Shown: positions 8,118 to 17,929 of the stretch, piece by piece
How positions within the stretch are numbered: position 1 is the first letter of the stretch
Layout of the letters: every line of letters begins with the position of its first letter
Assembly: GCA_964556365.1 (NCBI GenBank)
Contig: CAZKVT010000006.1
Coordinates: forward strand, 25,114 to 89,113
Length of the DNA stretch: 64,000 nucleotides
From: an uncultured bacterium
Lineage (GTDB): Bacteria; Hydrothermota; UBA3072
Direction of reading: 5' to 3'
Made by a program: the position numbers and the translations under genes
The notes under the pieces: generated by a model
The model's input: the letters and a program-made list of their open reading frames with translations, nothing else
Database searches by the model: none
Told to the model about the DNA's origin: nothing

Positions 8118-10706
8118 ATGGAAAAGTTTTATAAATTTTTAATTGTTATTCTAATAATTTCTATTGCTATACCTAACTGCCATAAAAACAGCTGGCCCAG
8201 AACACCATCTCCTCCTTCTGGTACTTCCCTCGGCACCATCAAGGATACACTACTCTTCATAGCCTCAACGACTGATCCGGACGGAGATGATATTGCTTAC
8301 CAATTTGACTGGGGAACAGAAATCGATTCAAACTGGAGTGATTTCCTTAATTCAGGAGATTCAATCACTGTAACGCACTGCTGGCAGGATACAGGGCACT
8401 ATAATCTACGCGTCAGAGCCATAGATATAAAAGAAAAAGTGTCGAGGTGGTCTGACCCACATTTGTTGACTATCGTAATCAGTATTGCTCCGAATATTCC
8501 CTCAATCTTTTCAGGACCTAACAGCGGATATGTTAATTATTTTTATACTTTTAGTGCAACAGCGACTGACCCGGATGGAGATAGTATATCTTACCAGTTC
8601 GACTGGGGAGACGGCAGTTTATCTGACTGGACTTCTTATGTCCCAAGTGGGGATTCAGTTCGAATGGATCATTCCTGGTCATCCGAAGGGACATATGAAG
8701 TGAAAGTGAAAGCAAAGGATAAGTATGGATTAGAATCGGGCTGGTCCCCCGAACACTCAATAACCATATCGATCGCACCAAATTTACCTCCAGAGGTACC
8801 AGATACTCCTTCAGGACCATCGAATGGTTACGTAGCAAGCATTTATATGTTCACAACAGCAACAACTGACCCGAATGAGGATAGCATATCTTACCAGTTC
8901 GACTGGGGGAACAGTTTTAGTTCGGGATGGAGTAGTTATGTATCAAACGGACAATCTGTTTCCATAGGCCATGCTTATTCATCCCCGGGTATATATTCCG
9001 TTACTGCAAAGGCAAAAGATGTAGATGGTGCGGAATCAGATTGGTCGGACGGGTATCAAATCACAATATCGAACATCCCCAATAATCCTCCCAACATACC
9101 CGTGATACCCTCCGGACCATCAAATGGATATGAAGACAGTACCTATAATTTTTCTGCTGTTACCACTGATCCGGATGGAGACAGTATATCCTATCAGTTC
9201 GACTGGGGGGATACTAATTTATCTGCATGGAGTAATTATGTATCAAGTGGGCAATCTGTTTCTTTGAATCATTCCTATTTGTCCGCAGGAATATATTCTC
9301 TCAAAGCAAGGGCAAAAGATAAGGATGATGCGGAATCAGATTGGTCGGACGGACATCAAATCACAATATCGATTAACAACAACCCTCCCAATATACCAGC
9401 GGAACCAACTGGACCCTCAATGGGACATGAAGACAGCACATACACTTTCTTCACCTCTACGACTGACCCGGATGGAGATAGCATATCTTACCAGTTCGAC
9501 TGGGGGGATGATAGTTTATCACCGTGGAGCCCTTACATACCAAGTGGTGATTCGGTTCAAATGAATTATTCCTGGTCTTCAGAAGGAAGATACGAAGTAA
9601 GAGTAAAGGCAAAGGATAAGTATGAGATAGAACCGGGTTGGTCAACCGAACACTCTATAACAATCATAAGGATGAAATGGGCTTTCGCAACCGGAGACCA
9701 GGTGCAATCTTCCCCGGCTATAGGCTCAGATGGAACAATCTATGTAGGATCTAAAGACAACAATTTATATGCAACATACCCAAATGGAATAGAAAAATGG
9801 AGTTTTGCAACCGGAGGTGATGTGGTCTCCTCTCCTGCAATAGGCAGCGATGGCACCATTTACGTGGGCTCCGATGACAAAAACCTCTATGCAATAAACC
9901 CGGATGGAACCCAGAAATGGGCTTTTTTAACCGACGATGAAGTGTGGTCTTCTCCTGCTATAGGCTACGATGGAACCATCTATGTAGGTTCAACAGATGG
10001 CAATCTCTACGCTATAAACCCGGACGGAACCCAGAAATGGGCTTTTTTAACCGACGGCTCTTTGAGCCACTCCTCTCCCGCAATAGGTTCAGATAGCACC
10101 ATCTATGTGGGTTCCCAGGATAACAATCTCTACGCTATAAACCCGGACGGAACCCAGAAATGGGCTTTTTTAACTAACGGTAGTGTTATTTCGTCCCCTG
10201 CTATCGGAAATGACAGCACTATCTATGTGGGATCCTGGGATCATAATCTCTATGCAATAAATTTGGACGGAACCGAGAGATGGACGTTTCCAACAGGAAA
10301 TCGCATAAACTCCTCTCCTGCTATAGGCTACGATGGAACAATCTACGTAGGTTGCTGGGATCACGGGTTATACGCGATAAACCCGGATGGAACCGAGAAA
10401 TGGATATTCTCTGCCGGAAGTTCTGTACTTTCGTCCCCTGCCATCGGAAATGACGGCACCATCTATGTGGGTTCCTATGATTATAATCTTCACGCGATAA
10501 ATCCAGATGGAACACAAAAGAAGATATTCCTAACAAATGGTGTTATAATATCAGCTCCCACTATAGAAAATGATGGGACTATATATGTGGGATCCTGGGA
10601 TAATTATATATATGCCTTTTTGGGTTCTTCAGGAAGTCTCGCCAATACTCCCTGGCCAATGTTCCATCACGATTTAAAACACACAGGAAGAGCAGGAGAA
10701 CCCTGA
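8118..10706 (+). CDS. Surface lipoprotein with five PKD/Ig-like repeats and an 8-bladed PQQ-like (BamB-type) beta-propeller
   Basis: Hydrophobic signal ending IAIPNC; five 'TDP(D/N)(G/E)DxIxYQFDWG' modules; eight 40-aa 'S(S/A)PxIxxDxTIYVG' repeats. Confidence 0.8.
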   Translation: MEKFYKFLIVILIISIAIPNCHKNSWPRTPSPPSGTSLGTIKDTLLFIASTTDPDGDDIAYQFDWGTEIDSNWSDFLNSGDSITVTHCWQDTGHYNLRVRAIDIKEKVSRWSDPHLLTIVISIAPNIPSIFSGPNSGYVNYFYTFSATATDPDGDSISYQFDWGDGSLSDWTSYVPSGDSVRMDHSWSSEGTYEVKVKAKDKYGLESGWSPEHSITISIAPNLPPEVPDTPSGPSNGYVASIYMFTTATTDPNEDSISYQFDWGNSFSSGWSSYVSNGQSVSIGHAYSSPGIYSVTAKAKDVDGAESDWSDGYQITISNIPNNPPNIPVIPSGPSNGYEDSTYNFSAVTTDPDGDSISYQFDWGDTNLSAWSNYVSSGQSVSLNHSYLSAGIYSLKARAKDKDDAESDWSDGHQITISINNNPPNIPAEPTGPSMGHEDSTYTFFTSTTDPDGDSISYQFDWGDDSLSPWSPYIPSGDSVQMNYSWSSEGRYEVRVKAKDKYEIEPGWSTEHSITIIRMKWAFATGDQVQSSPAIGSDGTIYVGSKDNNLYATYPNGIEKWSFATGGDVVSSPAIGSDGTIYVGSDDKNLYAINPDGTQKWAFLTDDEVWSSPAIGYDGTIYVGSTDGNLYAINPDGTQKWAFLTDGSLSHSSPAIGSDSTIYVGSQDNNLYAINPDGTQKWAFLTNGSVISSPAIGNDSTIYVGSWDHNLYAINLDGTERWTFPTGNRINSSPAIGYDGTIYVGCWDHGLYAINPDGTEKWIFSAGSSVLSSPAIGNDGTIYVGSYDYNLHAINPDGTQKKIFLTNGVIISAPTIENDGTIYVGSWDNYIYAFLGSSGSLANTPWPMFHHDLKHTGRAGEP

Positions 10707-10784
10707 GAGAAACAATAAACAACACAAAAAACAACGAGGACTATGAAAAAGGAGAAGTTTTAATAATATATATTTAATAGAGAA

Positions 10785-11663
10785 TTATTTCTCTAAAAAT
10801 TCTCTTATACGTCGATTGAATATATCCGGAGAAATTAGAGCAATCGAATGAGCACCCAAACCTTTTTCAAAAATATGATATTCGGCATCCGGGTATAATT
10901 TTTTCATTCCGTTAAAATACTTCATCATAATATCATCTTCGGCAACAGTAAGGAGTATATCCCCTTTCCAGCCAGATAAATCATTTGATTTGAAATCATA
11001 ATTTCTCACAAAGTCTATCATAAGATCTATGTGCGTTATTATCTTTCCTTTTGTAAGCCTTGCTTTTAACTCTTTAAAATAGCCCTTATACCATTCAAGC
11101 CATTCAGTTGAATTGTGATGCAATTCTTCTTTATCCGGTTTAGCCAATAATTTGAATATTAGCTCGGTTAAGAAGGAAGGCAAAATTCTGAATAATGTGA
11201 AATCATTATGGTAATAAGAAATCTCACGCGAAGGGTAAAAGGTGTGAGCCAGTATTGCTTTATCGATAATAGTAAAATAATCCCTTAAGAAACACTGCGC
11301 AATCAATCCACCTTCGCTGTATCCCATGACATTTACTCTGTCTATATTTTCCGTTGTTAATATTTTGTAAAGCGCATCTGAAGATTTTTTCATTTCCGGA
11401 ATATTCAAAACCGGGCACGTGGGCGCTATTACCCGATAATCTTTTTCAAATTCCACAATTTGATGTATCCACATATCGAAATCAGCATAACCACCGTGAA
11501 GCAACAACAAAACTTCCTTGCCTTTTTCCGAGTCAAAATACTTCCATTTAGTATTATTTATAAGTACACTTTTTTGAGAATGATATTTTTCAAAATTTTC
11601 TATAAACTTTTTTTGCGTATCTGGTATTTTTGAGTAAAACCGCCTTATTCTTGAATTAAACAT
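10785..11663 (-). CDS. Alpha/beta fold hydrolase
   Basis: 'LLLLHGG' oxyanion region, nucleophile elbow 'GYSEGG', C-terminal His 'GAHS'. Confidence 0.8.
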   Translation of the reverse strand: MFNSRIRRFYSKIPDTQKKFIENFEKYHSQKSVLINNTKWKYFDSEKGKEVLLLLHGGYADFDMWIHQIVEFEKDYRVIAPTCPVLNIPEMKKSSDALYKILTTENIDRVNVMGYSEGGLIAQCFLRDYFTIIDKAILAHTFYPSREISYYHNDFTLFRILPSFLTELIFKLLAKPDKEELHHNSTEWLEWYKGYFKELKARLTKGKIITHIDLMIDFVRNYDFKSNDLSGWKGDILLTVAEDDIMMKYFNGMKKLYPDAEYHIFEKGLGAHSIALISPDIFNRRIREFLEK

Positions 11664-11728
11664 TTATATTATCCTTATCGTCATTTATTATTTAATTCTT
11701 TTAAAATACCTCTTAAATTTATAACTTA

Positions 11729-12415
11729 TTATAAACTATAAACGGTCGGGTCTTCTACCCCTGCCTCCTCAAAACCTTTCTTCCGCAAAATACAACTATC
11801 ACACTCACCGCAGGCTCGTCCTTCTTGATCCGGGTCATAACAACTGTGAGTTAGACTGTAATCAACACCTAACTTTATTCCCTTCTTTATTATTTCAGCT
11901 TTCGACAACGATATAAGCGGAGTATGAATTTTTATTCTATTCCCCTCTACCCCACTCTTCGTTCCCAGATTAACCGCTTTTTCGAAAGCTTCTATAAATT
12001 CGGGCCTGCAATCAGGATAACCCGAATAGTCGATTGCGTTAACACCAATAAATATATCGATTGCACTCAAAACCTCAGCCCAACCGAGAGCAAGACTCAA
12101 AAAAATAATATTACGGGCAGGAACGTAGGTAACGGGAATTTCTTCTCCTATATCTTCTACTTTTCCCCTTTTTGGAACAGGAATATCATCGGTCAATGCC
12201 GAACCCCCAAAAGAAGATAGATCAATATCTAAAATAAGGTGTTCTTTTACACCCATCTTGCCAGCGATCTTCTTTGCCGCATCAATCTCAAAATGATGCC
12301 TTTGCCCATACCGAAAGCTAATCGCGTAAACCTCATATCCTAAATCTTTTGCAATCGCGAGAGTAGTTGAAGAATCAATGCCACCACTCAACAAAACTAC
12401 TGCTTTCTTACTCAA
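11729..12415 (-). CDS. queC: 7-cyano-7-deazaguanine synthase QueC
   Basis: 'SGGIDS', 'YGQRH', 'TYVPARN', 'YPDCRPEF', 'SCY...CGECDSC'. Confidence 0.95.
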   Translation of the reverse strand: MSKKAVVLLSGGIDSSTTLAIAKDLGYEVYAISFRYGQRHHFEIDAAKKIAGKMGVKEHLILDIDLSSFGGSALTDDIPVPKRGKVEDIGEEIPVTYVPARNIIFLSLALGWAEVLSAIDIFIGVNAIDYSGYPDCRPEFIEAFEKAVNLGTKSGVEGNRIKIHTPLISLSKAEIIKKGIKLGVDYSLTHSCYDPDQEGRACGECDSCILRKKGFEEAGVEDPTVYSL

Positions 12416-12416
12416 C

Positions 12417-13055
12417 TTACTTCCCCCGTATAGCCAGAGGCCATAGAATCTTATGCAGTTGAAGTTGAAGACGAACCTTTAATTTGTCTTTTAAAATCCA
12501 CTGCGCCAGTTCTGCCGGATTCATTTTTTCTTTAACCGGAGACATAAGCATTTTGACTTTATCTTTTAACTTTTTATCAGTTATAACACTCTTCGCCCAA
12601 TCATAATCCGACTTTTCAGCAATTACAAATTTAACCTCGTCCTTTGGCTCTAACCTGTTTAGATTGTCCCAATCAATTTTACCGCTTTCACCGCTTGATG
12701 GACATTTTATATCCATAATTATTGTAGCTTTATTTGATATGACACTTATATCTTTAGTTCCATTTGTCTCGAGCAGAACGCTAAAACCTTTATTAACAAG
12801 GAAATCAACAAGAAAAGGGGTCTTATTTTGAATAAGAGGTTCTCCTCCTGTAATTTCAACGTAAGGGCATTTATATTTTTTTACTCCCTTAAGGATTTGT
12901 TCAACAGATATTTCTCTACCTTCTTCGTAAGCGTACTTAGTATCGCAATAAGTACATCTAAGGTTGCAACCTGTTAATCTTACAAAAACGAAAGGAATCC
13001 CGGAAAAAGAAGATTCGCCCTGAATGGAATAAAAGATTTCATTAACTTTAAGCAA
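12417..13055 (-). CDS. queE: 7-carboxy-7-deazaguanine synthase QueE (radical SAM)
   Basis: 'SIQGES', CxxxCxxC '[11 protein letters not shown]', 'TGGEPL', 'LETNGT', 'LQLQLHK'. Confidence 0.93.
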   Translation of the reverse strand: MLKVNEIFYSIQGESSFSGIPFVFVRLTGCNLRCTYCDTKYAYEEGREISVEQILKGVKKYKCPYVEITGGEPLIQNKTPFLVDFLVNKGFSVLLETNGTKDISVISNKATIIMDIKCPSSGESGKIDWDNLNRLEPKDEVKFVIAEKSDYDWAKSVITDKKLKDKVKMLMSPVKEKMNPAELAQWILKDKLKVRLQLQLHKILWPLAIRGK

Positions 13056-13056
13056 T

Positions 13057-13443
13057 TCATCTCTCCGAATACTTTACACCGTAATTTGCGGATTCCCATA
13101 CTATTACCTCGATCATATCAATTTTATCAGGCAAAAGTTCTTTCATTTCAACATAAACGTATTTGGCGATATTTTCCGCGGTCGGATTTTCCTTATCAAA
13201 AGGGCTTATCTGATTAAGACATCGGTGATCGAACCTCCCTATCACGGAATCTGCTTTTTTCTTTAAGTCCTTAAAGTCTATAGTCATACCTATTTCATCG
13301 AGCCAGTCAGTTTCGACTTCCACCCTCACCTTCCAGGTATGTCCATGTAACTCTCCGCATAAACCCTTATAATTTCTTAATTGATGAGCCGCCGAGAAGT
13401 TCGTATCTACAAACGTTTTATACATTGATTTTTTATTTCCCAT
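13057..13443 (-). CDS. queD: 6-carboxy-5,6,7,8-tetrahydropterin synthase QueD
   Basis: 'FSAAH', 'CGELHGHTW', 'FDHRCLN', 'NPTAENIA', 'VWES'. Confidence 0.93.
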   Translation of the reverse strand: MGNKKSMYKTFVDTNFSAAHQLRNYKGLCGELHGHTWKVRVEVETDWLDEIGMTIDFKDLKKKADSVIGRFDHRCLNQISPFDKENPTAENIAKYVYVEMKELLPDKIDMIEVIVWESANYGVKYSER

Positions 13444-13459
13444 ATTTTAACCTCAGTTT

Positions 13460-13487
13460 AGTATAAATCTGCCTGTAGATTTGTCAA
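13460..13487 (-). promoter_or_regulatory. Promoter TTGACA-16-TATACT for queDEC
   Basis: Read directly; the spacer region is itself a palindrome aaatct-N6-agattt. Confidence 0.65.
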
Positions 13488-13535
13488 GCTCCTCGTTTAA
13501 CCATGAAACAAACGAAAGACCCAAAAAAACATTTA

Positions 13536-13827
13536 CCACAGAGCACACAGAGAAAAGATAAAACACAGAGGACACAGAGAAAAAATATAGTGTTGTCTAA
13601 AATCCACCAACACACCCAGCCACTAAAAAATCAACTAAATTATTAACAACAAATAGCACGAATAACACAAATAAATTAAAAGAATTATTTGTTAATTTAA
13701 AAAATGAAATATTCTCTTATAGCATTCGTGTAATTTGTGTGATTCGTTGTTGAACTTAGATTCTACTTCTTCGCCTTTAGCTGTTATTAAAAAAACAAAA
13801 AAAAATGCGCCCTTTGTGTCTTTGTGG
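13536..13827. repeat. Intergenic nested inverted-repeat mosaic between the divergent queD and nadE genes
   Basis: Outer arms ccacagagcacacagag 13536-13552 / ctttgtgtctttgtgg 13812-13827; inner 28-nt arms 13645-13672 / 13724-13751 (22/28 complementary). Confidence 0.7.
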
Positions 13828-13857
13828 CAAAAAACAGGTATTGACAAATAACAAATA

Positions 13858-14667
13858 ATGACAAAATTAAAAATAATGAATATGGAAAAGATATACAACA
13901 AAATCATTGAAGAAATAAAAAAATATTTCAAAGAAAATAATCTTACGCGGGCGGTAATAGGGATGAGCGGAGGTATAGACTCGAGTCTTACAGCTTTACT
14001 TACAAGTCAAGCAATAGAAAAAGAAAACATCGATTGTATTTCTATGCCGACGGAATTCACCTCAGAAGCCAGCAAAAAAGATGCTCAAAAACTCTGTAAG
14101 AATCTTTCTATTATTCTTAGTGAATTCGACATAACTAAGATTTTCGATATTTATATGGAAACACTCGCCAAAAAATTTATTATTAAAGGAATTAATATCC
14201 CCGAAGAAAATCTCCAGGCAAGAATCAGAGCAAACCTGCTGATGTACGTAGCGAACAAAAAAAACGCCCTCGTGATTGCGACCGGGAATCGTTCGGAAAT
14301 CTTGACCGGTTATTGTACTCTCTATGGTGATACAGTAGGCGCTATTGCCCCGATTGGAAATCTTTACAAAACAGAAGTATATGAACTCGCAAAATGGATA
14401 AATAAAAATAAAGGCAATTTAATACTCCAATCGATAATAGAAAAAGCTCCTTCGGCGGAATTAAATAGAAACCAAAAAGACGAAGAAGAACTCTTACCTT
14501 ATAAAATACTCGATCCTATTCTAAAACTTTATGTCGATGAGAGTAAAAGCAAAGAAGAAATTATAAACGCGGGTTTTAAAGAAGAAAACGTAGAAAAAAC
14601 AATTAATCTTATTAAATCAACATATTTCAAACGTATCAAACTCCCGGTAATTATTGAAATCGAATAA
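13858..14667 (+). CDS. nadE: NH3-dependent NAD+ synthetase (no glutaminase domain)
   Basis: 'GMSGGIDSS', 'ENLQARIR', 'TGNRSE..TGYCTLYGD', 'APSAEL'. True start may be 13876 or 13882. Confidence 0.92.
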   Translation: MTKLKIMNMEKIYNKIIEEIKKYFKENNLTRAVIGMSGGIDSSLTALLTSQAIEKENIDCISMPTEFTSEASKKDAQKLCKNLSIILSEFDITKIFDIYMETLAKKFIIKGINIPEENLQARIRANLLMYVANKKNALVIATGNRSEILTGYCTLYGDTVGAIAPIGNLYKTEVYELAKWINKNKGNLILQSIIEKAPSAELNRNQKDEEELLPYKILDPILKLYVDESKSKEEIINAGFKEENVEKTINLIKSTYFKRIKLPVIIEIE

Positions 14668-14673
14668 ATAATT

Positions 14674-14790
14674 AATGAGTATATGGGAATATGGGTGTAT
14701 GAGTTACAAATTAAAACCGTTATATAACATATTATTTTTAACTATTTCCCTTAAAAACACATAATCTCATTTACTCATCTACTCATTTAC
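14674..14790. repeat. 8-nt-period tandem repeats in inverted orientation between convergent genes
   Basis: aatgagta-tatgggaa-tatgggtg-tatgagt (14674-14704) vs atctcatt-tactcatc-tactcatt (14764-14787). Confidence 0.6.
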
Positions 14791-15523
14791 ACAAACCCTT
14801 AATGATTCCCGTTGCGTTTGAGACCCAATTTATCCCTTTACACTTAAGCCTTTCAAATCCTCCGAATCTATTCAGTCCAATTTTAGCAGAAAGATTAAAA
14901 AGTCCATCTATAGTATATACAGCCCAACGCCCTATACAGTAAGGATTATCTGTCTCACGAGGAGTCGATATAAAAGCTTTTTCATAACCTACCTGTCCTG
15001 CAAATTCTCTTTCCTCTTTTCTTATTCTGCCAAAAGGATAAGAAAGATATTTAACTCTCTCCCCTATTTTATCGGATATTGTTTCTAAAGATACTTTCAT
15101 GTCCTCTTTTACCAAATCAACTGGACTGCGTGAATAATCGGGATGAAGATGAGAGTGAGAACCAATCGTTATGCCATATCTATACATTTCCTGTATCTTA
15201 CTCCAGGAAAGATGTGTGAATGATTTACCTAACGTAATTTCCCATTCATTTTTCTTTCCGGCGTAACCGGAAACCACAAAAATAATAGCCGGAACATTCT
15301 CCTCTATAAGAATAGGAAAAGCAAACTTATATAAATCGACAAATCCATCATCGAAAGTCAGTAAAACCCCAGAATCCGCTTTAAAAAATTCATCAGGACT
15401 GAGAAATTTTATACCCTTACTTTTTATAAATTTTAAGTGTTTTCTGAAAGCATCAGGAAAAACAATCGACCCGTAAGGAGAGAAAGTCTTAGATATATTA
15501 TGGTAGAGAAGGATCGACTTCAT
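14783..15523 (-). CDS. Polysaccharide deacetylase (NodB homology)
   Basis: 'LLTFDDG', 'GSHSHLH', 'LSYPFG'. Confidence 0.85.
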   Translation of the reverse strand: MKSILLYHNISKTFSPYGSIVFPDAFRKHLKFIKSKGIKFLSPDEFFKADSGVLLTFDDGFVDLYKFAFPILIEENVPAIIFVVSGYAGKKNEWEITLGKSFTHLSWSKIQEMYRYGITIGSHSHLHPDYSRSPVDLVKEDMKVSLETISDKIGERVKYLSYPFGRIRKEEREFAGQVGYEKAFISTPRETDNPYCIGRWAVYTIDGLFNLSAKIGLNRFGGFERLKCKGINWVSNATGIIKGLCK

Positions 15524-16586
15524 AATAAAAATTCAAAATTTCCTTCGCGACTTTATCCCAGGAGTATTTCTGAACTGTTTTAAGGCCTCCCTCGACCAAA
15601 TTGTGACACAGATTTTTATCTCCAAAGAGCCGAATAACTTTTTCGGCGATTTCCTTTGAATTCGCTGGGGTTACAAGAATACCATTCTTACCATCTTCAA
15701 CTACACATCTATAACCGGGAATATTTGAAGCAATTACGGGAGTCTCCGTTGCCATAGCTTCTAACAAAACAATACCAAAACTTTCCCCGCTAATAGCCGG
15801 AGAAACAAATATGGAAGCCTTACTGAAAATATCAGGTAAAGCAGAGGGTTCAACAAACCCTAAAAAATCAATCGAATCTTTAACCTCCAAAGGAACATTC
15901 ATCTTCATCTCTTTATAACCCCCACCCGCAACAGTAAGTTTTGCTTTTGGGAACTCTTTTTTAATACGAGATAAAGCGTTGATCAAAAATTGCAATCCTT
16001 TTCGCGGTTCTATCCTTCCAACAAACAATATTTCAAAAGGATTTTTTTTCTTTCCTGAATTTTTAAATCTATTGGGATCTACTCCGTTAGGAATTATTCT
16101 ATAATCACCCGGAAAATATTTAGCAATAGAATCCCTCGCGGTTACCGAAACAGCAATTTTCCCGTGAATTCTTTTAAAATAATGCTTTAAATATTGTTTG
16201 GAAATTTGATACAAATTAGAAGATTCAAAAGTCGGATGGAAAGTAAATATATTTGTCTTCCTGGATACTTTAAGCGAAAGAAGAGGTAGGGTCGGAGCAA
16301 TTATACCATGAATATGAATAACATCATAATCGTTTACGACATTTGAAAGCTTTGAAAGATCGACCCATCCCGTAACCCTGGCATTAGACTGATTCATAGG
16401 AATTACCATAGATTTACCCAGACGAATAACCCTTCTCTCGTCGGGCTTCAACTCTCCCTCTATATCCGCTGTAAGTATCGAAACTTTATGACCCATGTTC
16501 TCAAATTCGTTCGCAAGATGGTATATATGTTCTGTAATACCTCCAATATGGGGATAATAAAAATCCGAGACGAAAAGAATTTTCAT
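15498..16586 (-). CDS. GT4 glycosyltransferase, PimA (phosphatidyl-myo-inositol alpha-mannosyltransferase)-like
   Basis: 'GG..EHI..LA', 'IRLGKSMVIPMNQSNARV', 'IHIH...APTLP', 'TFH', 'EPRKG', 'GESFGIVLLEAMA'. Start moved to ATG 16586, overlapping the upstream stop. Confidence 0.75.
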   Translation of the reverse strand: MKILFVSDFYYPHIGGITEHIYHLANEFENMGHKVSILTADIEGELKPDERRVIRLGKSMVIPMNQSNARVTGWVDLSKLSNVVNDYDVIHIHGIIAPTLPLLSLKVSRKTNIFTFHPTFESSNLYQISKQYLKHYFKRIHGKIAVSVTARDSIAKYFPGDYRIIPNGVDPNRFKNSGKKKNPFEILFVGRIEPRKGLQFLINALSRIKKEFPKAKLTVAGGGYKEMKMNVPLEVKDSIDFLGFVEPSALPDIFSKASIFVSPAISGESFGIVLLEAMATETPVIASNIPGYRCVVEDGKNGILVTPANSKEIAEKVIRLFGDKNLCHNLVEGGLKTVQKYSWDKVAKEILNFYYEVDPSLP

Positions 16587-17422
16587 TTCCAAATTCTCTG
16601 AAAAACAAACCATTGAAAAGGATACATTCTTATACCCTTTTCCATTAGATTAATAACTTCCTTTAATATTTCATCGGGCGAATCAAAATCCTCCGGATAA
16701 ATAGGAGGAAAAACTATACCCGAATAACGCTTTACGCTTTTCCCGAGCGCTGAAACCCCTACTAAAATGGGCGCGCCTGTTTTTTTAGAAAGCAAAGCGG
16801 TTCCTCTCGGAATTGAAGCCTTACGATTAAAAAATTCACTCGTTGAACCTGAATCCGTGATATCCCTGTCTCCAACCAAAACAACTATTTCATTATTCTT
16901 TAAAACTCTCATCAATCGAAAAGGCAATTTCTTGCTCTCAAGGGGCAACAATTTACTTCCAAAACGCCCTCTATAACGTTTATAGAACTTAAAGAAATCA
17001 ACACCAGGACCTTTAGTTTCCGCAACGGAATTAATAGGAAAACCCAGGCTCGCAAGATATATGCCTGCCAATTCCATCCCCCCCACATGGCAGGAAACAA
17101 TAATTACACCTTTTTTCTTCTTTAATTCTTTTTCAATAAAATGTTCTCCCTCGATATCTATAATCGACTTCATATATGTTCTACTCATATTGGGTACATT
17201 GAGAATATCGCCATACACTTTCATAAAATTGATAAAAACTTTCTTTACGTCTTTTTTTTCAGCCTTACCTAAAACTGCTACTAAATTTTCTTCTATGATT
17301 TTCCTTCTATCCGAAGAGAAATAAAACCATAAAGTCCCAGCTGCTTTTGCCAAAAACTCCCGCAAGAAACCGGGAGTGAACCTCAAAAACTGAGTCATGA
17401 AAAGCATAAAGATTTTCATCAT
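16583..17422 (-). CDS. Lipid acyltransferase, LpxL/PatA family (PatA-like)
   Basis: 'SCHVGGMELAG' (HxGxxE), 'VGDRD', 'FF...ASIPRGTA', 'YPFQWFVFQRIW'. Confidence 0.75.
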   Translation of the reverse strand: MMKIFMLFMTQFLRFTPGFLREFLAKAAGTLWFYFSSDRRKIIEENLVAVLGKAEKKDVKKVFINFMKVYGDILNVPNMSRTYMKSIIDIEGEHFIEKELKKKKGVIIVSCHVGGMELAGIYLASLGFPINSVAETKGPGVDFFKFYKRYRGRFGSKLLPLESKKLPFRLMRVLKNNEIVVLVGDRDITDSGSTSEFFNRKASIPRGTALLSKKTGAPILVGVSALGKSVKRYSGIVFPPIYPEDFDSPDEILKEVINLMEKGIRMYPFQWFVFQRIWK

Positions 17423-17424
17423 AA

Positions 17425-17859
17425 TCAATAATCTGTGGAGCCGAATCCACCATCCTCTCTCTTAGTATTCTTTAAATCTTCCACCTCAACTAAATCGATC
17501 CTCTCCACCTTGGAAATAATTAACTGAGCTATTCTGTCTCCTTTTTTAATCTCAAAATCTTTTTTACCAAAATTAAAAAGAATAACTTTGATTTCACCCC
17601 TATAGTCAGAATCTATAGTTCCGGGTGAATTTAATACTCCGATACCCAATTTTGAAGCAAGACCGCTCCTCGCCCTAACTTGTCCTTCATATTCAAAAGG
17701 TATTTCTAAGGATATTCCCGTAGGAATCATTCTAAAATCACCAGGAGCTAAAAAGCAATCCTCCGAAGCATGTAAATCCAGACCTGAACTACCTTCAGTC
17801 TGATAAGTGGGAAGCGGCAGGTTTTCATTTAGTTTTTTTATTTTTATTTTTAAAGACAC
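17425..17859 (-). CDS. dut: dUTP diphosphatase
   Basis: 'GSSGLDL', 'RARSGL', 'NSPGTIDSDYRGEI', 'GDRIAQL', 'RxxGGFGST'; GTG start at 17859 after GGAAGG. Confidence 0.93.
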   Translation of the reverse strand: MSLKIKIKKLNENLPLPTYQTEGSSGLDLHASEDCFLAPGDFRMIPTGISLEIPFEYEGQVRARSGLASKLGIGVLNSPGTIDSDYRGEIKVILFNFGKKDFEIKKGDRIAQLIISKVERIDLVEVEDLKNTKREDGGFGSTDY

Positions 17860-17929
17860 ACAAACCTTCCATTGAAACATCCATAATTCCCCGTCAGGAA
17901 CCCGAAGATATTATTTCTTTTTTCCGATA

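Noticed and set aside
8560-9670. Diversity-generating retroelement TR/VR pair among the near-identical PKD modules
   Set aside because: Differences between copies are not adenine-specific, all copies are in frame within one gene, and no reverse transcriptase is present.
13444-13500. preQ1 riboswitch upstream of queDEC
   Set aside because: The promoter sits about 16 nt from the start codon, leaving no room, and I see no preQ1-I stem or A-rich tail pattern.
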